Source: Eledone cirrhosa
Lineage: Eukaryota
DNA length: 64,000 nt
Assembly (NCBI GenBank): GCA_964016885.1
Contig: OZ024761.1
Coordinates: 2,480,001-2,544,000 of the forward strand
Direction of reading: 5' to 3'
The notes under the pieces were generated by a model. That model was given only the letters and a program-made list of their open reading frames with translations, was not told the DNA's origin and did no database searches. The position numbers and the translations under genes are program-made. Positions 50,810-64,000 of this stretch are shown here, piece after piece. Positions within the stretch are counted from its first letter, which is position 1. The number at the start of each line of letters is the position of its first letter.

Positions 50810-52397
50810 ATACTTTGGGAGGGTCATGTTGCCAATAAGAAACACACGCACCAGTTGCTTTCACTTCAATTTATTATATATTTATAAATTTATAAATTTA
50901 TAAATTTACAAATTTACAAACTTATAAATTTCTGGTTGGTTGGTTGGTTCCACAACCAGATAGTTGTTTATATATAGTCATAGTCCTTTCGTCACACACT
51001 CTGTGACCTCTTCAGTGACTGGGGATTCCTTTCTTCGTTTCTGTGCCTTTCCTTTCTTCTATCCTACGTCATTTTGTTTCTGTGTGTGTGTTGTGTGCTC
51101 AGTTTGCGTATGCGCCACATCCGGGTGTCTGTGTGTGTTTGTGTTCATTTATCTATTTGTTTATTTATTTATTTATTGTTGGTTGGTTGTTTGTTCTATG
51201 TGTGTGTGTGTTTTCATTTTGTCCTGTGTGTGTTTTCATTTTGTCCTTAATTGTGAGTTGTTTGTTCTATGTGTGTGTGTGTTTTCATTTTGTCCTTAAT
51301 TGTAAGTTGTGATGTTGCTGTTCCACTCATATTTTCTATTTAATTTTGGTTTTAATTCTTTTATGCTTACTGCCTCTGTAATTTGCCTAAACATTGCGTC
51401 TTTTCTGTGTGTGGATTCTATTTTTATTTCTATGCTCTCTAATCTACCCCTGTGTTCTATCTTAGCATGTTGGTAGAGCACAGATGATTCTTTATTATCT
51501 TGGAGGTCTCGCCAGTGTTCATTTATTCGTTCCCCTATACTACGAGCTGTCTCACCTATGTACACTATATTTTTGTTTCTACATTGTCCTTCAGTACATC
51601 TTATGCTATACACTACATTTCTAGTTTTACAGTTAATATGGGGGCTTATTTTACAGGTTATACATTTCTTATCTATACATGAGGGTCTTTGGAATGGGTA
51701 TGTCTTGCTAATAAGTGTTTTTACGGAGGTACCAGGTCTTTCTACTATCTTTATATTGAGATTATGTTTATTTAGGGCCCTTCTAAATTTGTAGGCTAGT
51801 TCGCCTCTAGGGGTTGTATTGATGAAATTACACTCTGGTATGTATTGCTATCATACCATGAGTTTATTCTATTGGCCTTGTTCCTAGTTCTTTCTATTCT
51901 ATTCCAAAATTTGCTCCTATACAAGGTGCAGGTCCCATTTATGTCATTATTTCCCATTTTTTCCCATTTGGTTCTGGCTCCTTTATACACTCTGATTCTA
52001 TCTCTCTGATTGTAGCCAGAGAACTGCATACGGTGGATGAAGTGTTGTATGTGTCTCTCTAGTTCTTCGGGGTTGCACATGCGGGACACATTTCTCATCA
52101 CCCGTACCAAATCCGCAATCAGTATGTTGATTTTGGTATGGTCCGAAATGGCCGAGTTTCGGTGGATCAGATGTTTGGAAGTCATGGGTTTGGCATAATG
52201 GGAATGGAGGATTTGTTTTTGGTTGTTAATGGTATCTAACCAGAGCTCTGTGTCTAGTAAAGGTAATCGATGGTTGGGGTGTCTACTTGGGTAGTCTATA
52301 GTAACTCTAATACTCTGGTGGATGGAGTTTGCTATTTGCTGGATGCTTTCCATTGTGTTTTTCTCTAGTTCTTGACTGTTCTTTAGTGGGGGTGTCT
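50803..52397 (-). mobile_element. Penelope-like element (Naiad-like): RT C-terminus, Cys-rich linker, GIY-YIG, pLTR with HHR at 50977-51019
   Basis: ORFs 51796-52353 (DYPSRH..LPLLD..YAKPM..NSA..SGY..LYRSKFW) and 51296-51613 (VYSIRC..C..YIGETARS..R..EH..H..H..RQITEA..LNRKYEW), joined by one frameshift. Confidence 0.9.
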
Positions 52398-52414
52398 TAA
52401 CTACGATGTTTATA

Positions 52415-52525
<111 letters not shown>

Positions 52526-52542
52526 GTATATATATGTATATA

Positions 52543-52579
<37 letters not shown>

Positions 52580-52581
<2 letters not shown>

Positions 52582-52920
52582 TCATCATCATCATCATCAT
52601 CATTATTTTACGTCCACTTTTCCCTGCTTGCAAGGGTGGGACGGGAACTGATTCTGGCTTGATTTCTACAGCTGGATGCCCCTCCTAACACCAACCTCAT
52701 TTACAGTGAGTGGTGGGTGCTTTTTTGCCGTGGCACCTCCACGACCACTTTGCAGTGGAATGATAGGGACCCGAGTCCCTATCATCTCATTTCTACAGCT
52801 GAGTAAACTGGAGCAATGTGAAATAAAGTGTCTTGCTCAAGGAAACAACACATCACCAGCCTGAGAATTGAACTCACAACCTTTCGATTGCAAGGCCAAT
52901 GCTCTAATCACTAAGCCATC
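52580..52920 (-). mobile_element. tRNA-derived SINE with RTE-type tail
   Basis: Reverse complement of the 47071 family. Confidence 0.85.
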
Positions 52921-52992
52921 TATATATATATGTATATATATACATATATATATGTATATATATATATGTATATATATATGTATATATATATA

Positions 52993-53312
52993 TGTTGTTA
53001 TACTTAGGGAGGGTCATGTTGCCAATAAGAAACACACGCACCAGTTGCTTTCACTTCAATTTATTATAATAAATTTATAATAAATTTATAAATTTATGGT
53101 TGGTTGGTTGGTTCCACAACCAGATAGTTGTTTATATATTGTCATAGTTCTTTCGTCACACACTCTGTGACCTCTTCAGTGACTGGGGATTCCTTTCTTT
53201 GTTTCTGTGCCTCTCCTTTGTTCTGTCCTACGCCATTTTGTTTCTGTGTGTGTGTTGTGTGCTCAGTCTGCGCATGCGCCACATCCGGGAGTCTGTGTGT
53301 GTTTATGTTCAT
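52993..53312 (-). mobile_element. Solo pLTR of the Naiad-like PLE with HHR at 53141-53183
   Basis: Matches 50803-51150. Confidence 0.85.
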
Positions 53313-53329
53313 TTCACACACAGACACCT

Positions 53330-54452
53330 GGATGTGGCGCATAAAAGATGTAGTGGGATCACAAGTAAGCTAACTAAGAACATAGATTTTACATGTGGCC
53401 GGTGTTCTGGGGCAATAAGTAGCAGCAAGTGCCCACAAAATACTAGCTCTTTCAACTGCGCAGAGGGTTCTATAGAAATAGTGGACAGCTTCCGTTACCT
53501 GGGTGACAAAATCAGCAGTGGGGGAGGGTGCTCTGAAAGTACAGTAGCTAGAGTCAGAACTGGGTGGAAAAAGTTCAGAGAGCTTATACCACTATTAGCC
53601 GCTAAAGGGTTCTCCCTAAAAATGAAAGGCAGGTTGTACGATGCCTGCATACGAACAGCAATGTTGCATGGCAGTGAGACCTGGGCATTGTGTGCAGAGG
53701 ATATACGCAGACTAGAGAGAAACGAAGCTTGCATGCTCCGCTGGATGTGTAATAGTAATATATGTGAACGACAAAGCATAAACGAACTAAGGAAAAAATA
53801 AGAAATAAGAGGGATCAGATGTTGTTTACTAGAGAGAAGGCTACGTTGGTATGGTCACGTGATGCGCATGAAGGACGATAGCTGTATAACAAAGTGCAGG
53901 GCAATAAAGATAGACGGTAGCCACAGAATAGGCAGACCCAGAAAAACCTGGGACGAGCTGATAAACTCCGACCTCACACACTTACACCTCACCAAGACAA
54001 TGTCACTGGACCGAGACCTTTGGCGGTACTCAGTAATAGAGAAGACCCGCCTTACCTAAATACAAAGTAAAACCTACTACAGTCAGTAGGCATCTCTAAC
54101 AAAATACACCCCCGTCCCACCACCCCCACCCCATCCACACCGCCCCCTTCTATGTAAAGTTATGTTGGTTCCACACCATCCAGGCCGAAACAAATGAGAT
54201 CGTGTAGGTGTGACGACAAAAAAACACACAGTCCACGCTGTAATGTGGCCGTGTAGGCAACACGGTAAAAACCTCCCAGACCCACACTGTAAATGTGGTT
54301 GGTGTTAGGAAGGGCATCCAACTGTAGAAAACCTGCCAGACAGTCCTATGTGAGCAAGACAATCACTCTTGCCTCAAGTGGGAAAACCCCCGTCAAAACC
54401 CATGCAAGCGTAGAACACAGACGTTAAACGTTGATGATGATGATGATGATGA
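53330..54452 (+). mobile_element. 5'-truncated RTE LINE
   Basis: HKRCSG...FRYLG...RLRWYGHVMRM, 3' UTR and (ATG)n; very similar to 22735-24143. Confidence 0.92.
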
Positions 54453-54649
54453 TATATATATATATATGTTTCGCTTTTGAATTTGTTTTACAAGATTTCT
54501 TATCTGAAAATGTGTGTTGAAAGAGACATTCTTATAATTTGGTAGGGTCATGTTGCCAACACATGCACCTGTTGAATTTCACTTCAATTTATTGTCAAAG
54601 TTCTTTCATCTCACATTCTGTCATGAAAGACTGTTGACAATATATAAAT

Positions 54650-57600
54650 AACCATCACTACCACTATCATCATCATCATCAACATCACAACTGTCATCAT
54701 CACTATCACAAGCACCTCCATTTTTACCATCACCATCATCATCACCATCATTGCTATCATCATCACTAACATTATTACCATCACCGTTGTCGTCATCACC
54801 ATCATCATCATCTCCACCATCATCATCACCACTATCACCATAATCATCACAATCAACATCACCATCACAATCACCATCACCACCATCACTACCATCACCA
54901 CCATCACAATTACCATCACCACCATCACTACCATCGCCACCATCACCACCATCACCACCATCACCACCATCACCACCATCACCACCATCACTACTATCGC
55001 CACCATCACTACCACCATCACCATCACCACCATCACTACCATCACCACCATCACTACCACCATCACCATCACCACCATCACCACCATCACTACCATCACC
55101 ACCATCACCACCATCACTACTATCGCCACCATCACTACCATCACCACCATCACCACCATCACTACCACCATCACCATCATCACCACCACCACCACCACTA
55201 TCACCATCACCACCTTCACCACCATCACCACCATCACTACCAGCACTACCATCACCACCATCACTACCATCACCACCATCACCACCACCACTACCATCAC
55301 CACCACCACTACCATCACCACCATCACTACCACCATCACCATCACCACCATCACTACCATCACCACCATCACTACCACCATCACCATCACCACCATCACT
55401 ACCATCACCACCATCACTACCATCACCACCACCACTACCACCACCACCATCACTACCATCACCACCATCACTACCATCACCACCATCACCACCACCACTA
55501 CCACCACCACCAACACTACCATCACCATCATCACCACCACCACCACTATCACCATCACCACCATCACCACCATCACCACCATCACCACCATCACTACCAT
55601 CACCACCATCACCACCATCACTACCACCACTACCATCACCACCATCACTACCATCACCACCATCACCACCATCACCACCATCACCACCATCACTACCATC
55701 ACCACCATCACCACCATTACTACCATCACCACCATCACTACCATCATCGCCACCATCACTACCACCACCACCATCACCACCACCACTACCACCACCACCA
55801 TCACTACCATCATTACCATCACCATCATCACCACCACCACCACCACTATCACCATCACCACCATCACCACCATCACTACCATCACCACCATCACCACCAT
55901 CACCACCATCACCACCATCACTACCACCATCACCATCACCACCATCACTACCATCACCACCATCACTACCACCACTACCATCACCACCATCACTACCATC
56001 ACCACCATCACCACCATCACCACCATCACCACTACCACCACCACCATCACCACCATCACTACCATCACCACCATCACTACCACCACCATCACTACCATCA
56101 CTACCATCACCACCATCACTACCACCACCACCATCACCACCATCACCACCATCACTACCACCACCACCACCATCACCACCATCACCACCATCACTACCAC
56201 CATCACCATCACCACCATCACTACCATCACCACCATCACTACCACCACTACCATCACCACCATCACTACCATCACCACCATCACCACCATCACCACCATC
56301 ACCACCACCACTACCACCACCACCATCACCACCATCACTACCATCACCACCATCACTACCACCACCATCACTACCATCACTACCATCACCACCATCACTA
56401 CCACCACCACCATCACCACCATCACCACCATCACTACCACCACCACCACCATCACCACCATCACCACCATCACTACCATCACTACCATCACCACCATCAC
56501 CACCATCACCACCATCACCACCATCACCACCATCACTACCACCACCACCATCACCACCATCACTACCATCACCACCATCACCACCATCACCACCATCACT
56601 ACCATAACCACCAGCACTACCATCACTACCATCACCACCATCACTACCATCACTACCATCACTACCATCACTACCATCACTACCATCACTACTATCACCA
56701 CCATCACCACCGCCGCCACCATCATCACCACCATCACCACCACAGCCACCATCACCACCATCACTACCATCACCATAACAATCAAGATCACTATCACCAT
56801 CAACATGGTGTTGTTTGTGGTATTGTAGTGGTGTTGTAGAGGTGTTGTAGTAGTGTTGGTAGTGTTGGTAGTGGTGTAGGTGGTGGTGTTGGTAGTGGTG
56901 TTATTGGTGGTAGTGTTGGTCGTGGTGTTGGTAGTGGTGTTGGTAGTGTTGGTAGTGGTGTTGGTGGTGGTGTTGGTAGTGGTGTAAGTGGTGGTGTTGG
57001 TAGTGGTGTTATTGGTGGTAGTGTTGGTCGTGGTGTTGGTAGTGGTGTTGGTAGTGTTGGTAGTGGTGTAGGTGGTGGTGTTGGTAGTGGTGTAAGTGGT
57101 GGTGTTGGTAGTGGTGTTATTGGTGGTAGTGTTGGTCGTGGTGTTGGTAGTGGTGTAGGTGGTGGTGTTGGTAGTGGTGTTATTGGTGGTAGTGTTGGTC
57201 GTGGTGTTGGTAGTGTTGGTAGTGGTGTTGGTAGTGTTGGTAGTGGTGTAGGTGGTGGTGTTGGTAGTGGTGTTATTGGTGGTAGTGTTGGTCGTGGTAT
57301 TGGTAGTGTAGGTAGTGGTGTTGGTAGTGGTGTTGGTGGTGGTGTTGGTGGTGATGTAGGTAGTGGTGTTGGTAGTGGTGTTGGTAGCGGTGTTGGTAGT
57401 GGTGTTGGTGGTGGTGTTGGTAGTGGTGTTATTGGTGGTAGTGTTGGTAGTGTTGGTCGTGGTGTTGGTAGTGTTGGTAGTGGTGTTGGTAGTGTTGGTA
57501 GTGGTGTTGGTAGTGGTGTTGGTAGTGTTGGTGTTGGTGGTGGTGTTAGTGGTGGTGTTGGTAGTGGTGTTGGTAGTGGTGTTGGTGGTGGTGTTGGTAG

Positions 57601-58570
57601 TGGTGTTATTGGTGTTGGTAGTGGTGTTGGTGGTGGTGTTGATGGTGGTGTTGGTAGTGGTGTTGGTGGTGGTTTAGGTGGTGGTGTTGGTGGTGTTGGT
57701 AGTGGTGTTGGTAGTGGTGTTGGTGGTGGTGTTGGTAGTGGTGTTATTGGTGGTAGTGTTGGTCATGGTGTTGGTAGTGTTGGTGGTGGTGTTGGTAGTG
57801 GTATTGGTGGTGGTGTAGGTGGTGGTATTGGTGGTGGTGGTAGTGGTGTTGATAGTGGTGTTATTGGTGGTAGTCTTGGTCGTGGTGTTGGTGGTGTCGG
57901 TAGTGGTGTTGGTAGTGGTGTTGGTAGTGGTGTTATTGGTGGTAGTGTTGGTCGTGGTATTGGTAGTGTAGGTAGTGGTGTTGGTAGTGGTGTTGGTGGT
58001 GGTGTTGGTGGTGATGTAGGTAGTGGTGTTGGTAGTGGTGTTGGTGGTGGTGTTGGTAGTGGTGTTATTGGTGGTAGTCTTGGTCGTGGTATTGGTAGTG
58101 TTGGAAGTGGTGTTGGTAGTGGTGTTGGTAGTGGTTTTGTAGTGGTGTTATTGGTGGTAGTGTTGGTCGTGGTATTGGTAGTGTTGGAAGTGGTGTTGGT
58201 AGTGGTGTTGGTAGTGGTTTTGTAGTGGTGTTATAGAGATGTTGTAGTAGTGTTGGTGGTGTTATTGGTAGTGGGGTGGTGGAGTTATTGGTGGTGATGG
58301 TGTTGGTGGTGGTGTTGGTGGTCGTGTTAGTGGTGTCGGTGGTGTTGTTGGTGGTAGTATTGGTGGTGGTGGTGTTGGTAGGGGTTTTGGTTGTAGTGTT
58401 TGTAGTGGTGTTGGTGATGGTGTTAGTGGTGTTGGTGTTGGTGATGGTAGTGGTGTTGGTAGTGGTGTTGGTGGTAGTGTTGGTGTTGGTAGTGGTGATG
58501 GTAGTGTTGTTGGTAGTGGTGTTGGTGGTAGTGGTGTTGGTGGTAGTGGTAGTGGTAGTGGTGGTGTTTA
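54650..58570. repeat. 3.9-kb trinucleotide array: (CAC/CAT)n switching to (GGT/AGT)n at ~56805
   Basis: Direct reading. Confidence 0.95.
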
Positions 58571-58734
58571 CTCTTGTATTAACAATCTTCAAGCAGTTTT
58601 TACCCAAAAATGGGGTCCCCTTCATTCTATTTGACCTTTAACCAATATGCACCAAATAACCTTTGATCTAAATGACCTTTCCCCCTAACACACCCATTCC
58701 ATCACCAGTTTGCTACCCTACCCACCACAGGGGA

Positions 58735-60750
<2,016 letters not shown>

Positions 60751-60754
60751 TCTC

Positions 60755-62365
60755 ATCATCATCATCATCATCGTTTAATGTCCATCTTCCACGCTAGTAT
60801 GTGTTAGACGGGTTTGTCCCATTTCGAGACAAGTTGGATCGGGTGACCGTGTCTCGCTCATATAGAACTATCTGGCTGGTTTTCTGTGGCTGGATGCCCT
60901 TCCTAGCGCCAACTACATTTACAGTGTGTGCTGGGTGCTTTTTACTGTGACACCAACAAGATCACTTTACAGTGTGGGCTGGCTGTTTTGTGTTACCAAT
61001 GTAAAATACACACATATATATATATATATACACATATATACATATCTGTTTGTATATACATATATCATCATCACTTCCGTTTTACATCCATTTTCCACAT
61101 TAGCATGGCTGTGTTCCACACTGATTCTGGCTTGTGTTCTACAACTGGATGCCCTCCCTTATGCCAACCTCATTTCACAGTGAGTACTGGATGCTTTTTG
61201 TCGTGACACCTACACGACCACTTAACAGTGTGGGCTGGGTGCTTTTTTGCTGTGGCACCTCCACGACCACTTTGCAGTGGGAGGGTGTGGGGGCATATTG
61301 TCTATATGCTTCAGCTTGTACCCATGGGAGGTCGGGTACTCTGTATTACTGCGTGACGACAGAGGTCATGGTCGTGTGTCATCGCCTTTGAGAGGTGTAA
61401 TTGGGTAAGGTCGGCTTTTATCACCTCATCCCAGGTCTTCTTGGGTCTCCCCACTCCGCGGTTTCCATTGACTTCTAGTGCTCTGCACCTTTTTATGCAG
61501 CTGTCATCCTTCATACGCATCACATGTTCATACCAACGCAACCGCCTCTCCTGCACACAGCATTTGATTCCTATTATATTCAGTCTCTCTCTCAATTCAT
61601 TTATGCTTTGCCGTTCGCGTATATTACTATTACACATCCACCGGAGCATGCAGGCTTCGTTTCTTTCAAATCTACGTAAGTCTTCCACCTTCAGTGCTCA
61701 GGTCTCACTACCATGTAACATTGCTGTTCGTATACACGCATCATACAGTCTGCCTTTCATTTTGAGGGAAAAGCCTTTTGCAGCTAGCAGTGGCAGTAGT
61801 TCCCTGAACTTCTTCCATCCCGTTCTTATCCTAGTTAATGTACTTTCTGAACACCCACCTCCGCTGCTAATTCTGTCACCTAGGTAGCAGAAGCTGTCTA
61901 CTGTTTCTACAGAGCCCTCCCAGAGATTGGTGGTACTTGTTTCTTGTGGCTGTTTGCTGCTTGCTGTCCCAGCACAGCTGCTACATATGAAGCCTACATT
62001 CTTAATTAAGCTTCTTGAGATCCCGCTACATCTCTTGTGTACCCATTGTTTGCATTTGGGGCAGAGAATGGAGTTCCTACCTACACCTTTCTTACATACT
62101 GAGCAAGGCCATTTCCCTGAGGAGATCTGGGTTCTGTTTTCTAGTCTACTTACAAGGACCTTAGTCTTTGTCAGGTTGACTTTGAGACCCTTTCTTTCTA
62201 GTCCCTGCTTCAAGTTTGGAATTTCTTCTCTAGTTCTACCATAGACTCAGCTATAAGTGCAAGGTCATCTGCATACAGGAGTTCCCATGGGCATCCGGTC
62301 TTAAACTCCTCCATTATTGCCTGCAGGACTATGATGAACAGGAGGGGGCTAAGAACAGAGCCCAT
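60755..62365 (-). mobile_element. 5'-truncated RTE LINE, third subfamily, with fragmented 3' UTR
   Basis: GSVLSPLLF..LYADDL, PHD finger, FCYLG, RLRWYEHVMRM. Confidence 0.9.
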
Positions 62366-62709
62366 GAGATTTTGATATTTATTTTGAGAACAATACCTTA
62401 ACATCAATATGAGCGGCCGGTTACAGCCGGTTTGAAGAGAAAGAAGTGAGAGAATTCTGGCCGGATACAACCGGTTTAAATGGTAAAGGGTTAAAAAAGA
62501 TGTAGAATAGTAGAGAAGAACATATTGAGACTGATATCTCAAAAGAATTCTGGTGGACCATAAAAATATATAGCACCACAAAATTAACTGGAAGATTTTA
62601 ATTTAAATAAGAACCCTTTAAAATGTGTGGTTTTGTTTCAATAAAAAAAGAGACAGGTTTGGTAGGGTTATTATGAAAAGGGGCTGATATTTATATTCCC
62701 CCCTGTTGG

Positions 62710-63227
62710 TATCAGAAGGATCAGATGTGGTATGCTAGAGAGGACATTGCACTGGTATGGTGATATGATGCATATGTAGGATGACAGCTGTATAAATAGG
62801 TACAGGACAATCAAAATTGATGGAAACCTTGGAGTAGGAAGACCCAGAAAGACCTGAGAGGAGGTGATAAAATCTGACCTTGCACACTTGCACCTCTCAA
62901 AGACAATGACACACGATTGAGATCTTTGGCATTATGCAGTAACACAGAAGACACGCCTTCCCATGCGCACAGACTCAAACATACACCGAGTAGGCCCCTC
63001 TTAACCCACTCATTCCTGTCCACACCACCCTTACAGTCGGAACAAAAAGTACCCAGTCCACATTGTAAATGTGGTTCAGGTTAGGAAGGGCATCCAGCCA
63101 TAGAAACCAAGCCAGAGACAGTTCTATATGAACAAGACATGGTCACCTGACCCAACATACCTCTAATGGGACCACCCGTCTAACCCATGCTAGCATGGAA
63201 AATGGACGTTAAACGATGATGATGATG
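62710..63227 (+). mobile_element. Degenerate RTE 3' fragment
   Basis: tggtatggt...gacccagaaagacctg..., ggaagggcatccagcc, (ATG)n tail. Confidence 0.8.
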
Positions 63228-63240
63228 TACTTTGTTTTAG

Positions 63241-63339
63241 AAATATCCGATATGGCATGGCTACCTCCACCCTGGTTATGGTTGGATGCTGGGCTATGCT
63301 GAGGCGAGAATTGAACTACAGCCAGCTTTCCAGGCATGA
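63241..63339 (+). pseudogene. Degenerate duplicate of MMP exon 2
   Basis: ttttag acceptor; KYPIWHGYLHPGYGWMLGYAEARIELQPAFQA* aligns to 43186-43280. Confidence 0.75.
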
Positions 63340-63384
63340 TATGGTTGTTTAGGATCGTAGATTAAAAGCATTAAAGATACTCCT

Positions 63385-64000
63385 CCTATATAATACAGTC
63401 TCTCTCTCTCTCTCCCATATAATACAGTCTCTCTCCCACATAATACAGTCTCTCTCCCATATAATACAGTCTCTCTCTCTCATATAATACACTCTCTCTC
63501 TCTCCCATATAATACAGTCTCTCTCCCATATAATACAGTCTCTCTCTCTCCCATATAATACAGTCTCTCTCCCATATAATACAGTCTCTCTCTCCCATAT
63601 AATACAGTCTCTCTCTCTCATATAATACAGTCTCTCTCTCACATATAATACAGTCTCTCTCTCTCCCATATAATACAGTCTCTCTCTCTCTCATATAATA
63701 CAGTCTCTCTCTCTCCCATATAATACAGTCTCTCTCTCTCATATAATACAGTCTCTCTCTCCCATATAATAATGTCTCTCTCTCTCATATAATACAGTCT
63801 CTCTCACATAAAATAAAGTCTCTCTCTCTCCCATATAATACAGTCTCTCTCTCTCATATAATACAGTCTCTCTCCCATATAATACAGTCTCTCTCCCATA
63901 TAATACAGTCTCTCTCTCTCATATAATACAGTCTCTCTCCCATATAATACAGTCTCTCTCTCTCCCATATAATAAAGTCTCTCTCTCTCATATAATACAG
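63385..64000. repeat. Minisatellite catataatacag(tc)n, ~23-29 bp variable unit, runs off the window end
   Basis: Direct reading. Confidence 0.92.

Noticed and set aside
54611-56806. 731-aa Met/Val ORF
   Set aside because: Translation of a (GTG/ATG)n array.

Overview
Repeat-dense eukaryotic DNA, not prokaryotic. The SINE families, RTE LINEs and microsatellite load suggest a coleoid cephalopod (Octopus-like); this is an inference. Two spliced host genes lie on the + strand. The first is the last six coding exons of trichoplein (TCHP), 3690-21678. The second is the first two coding exons of a matrix metalloproteinase (38950-39225, 43186-43312), with a degenerate duplicate of exon 2 near 63241. 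The rest is mobile DNA: a Tx1/L1-type LINE, RTE LINEs with a PHD finger inside the RT, tRNA-derived SINEs, Helitron-, MULE- and piggyBac-like non-autonomous elements, two kinds of Penelope-like elements (PLEs) with GIY-YIG endonucleases, and several satellites. The main hidden layer is about 20 hammerhead-ribozyme (HHR) or HHR-like motifs. Many sit in tiny fold-back insertions in (TA)n, some have a non-canonical CAGA core, and several unrelated families share an ACTC...GAGTRCT hairpin just past the inverted arm. Three minisatellites can be traced to transposon sequence, one of them to the coding region of a CRE-type retrotransposon. All assignments come from reading and pairing by eye; no search or folding program was run.
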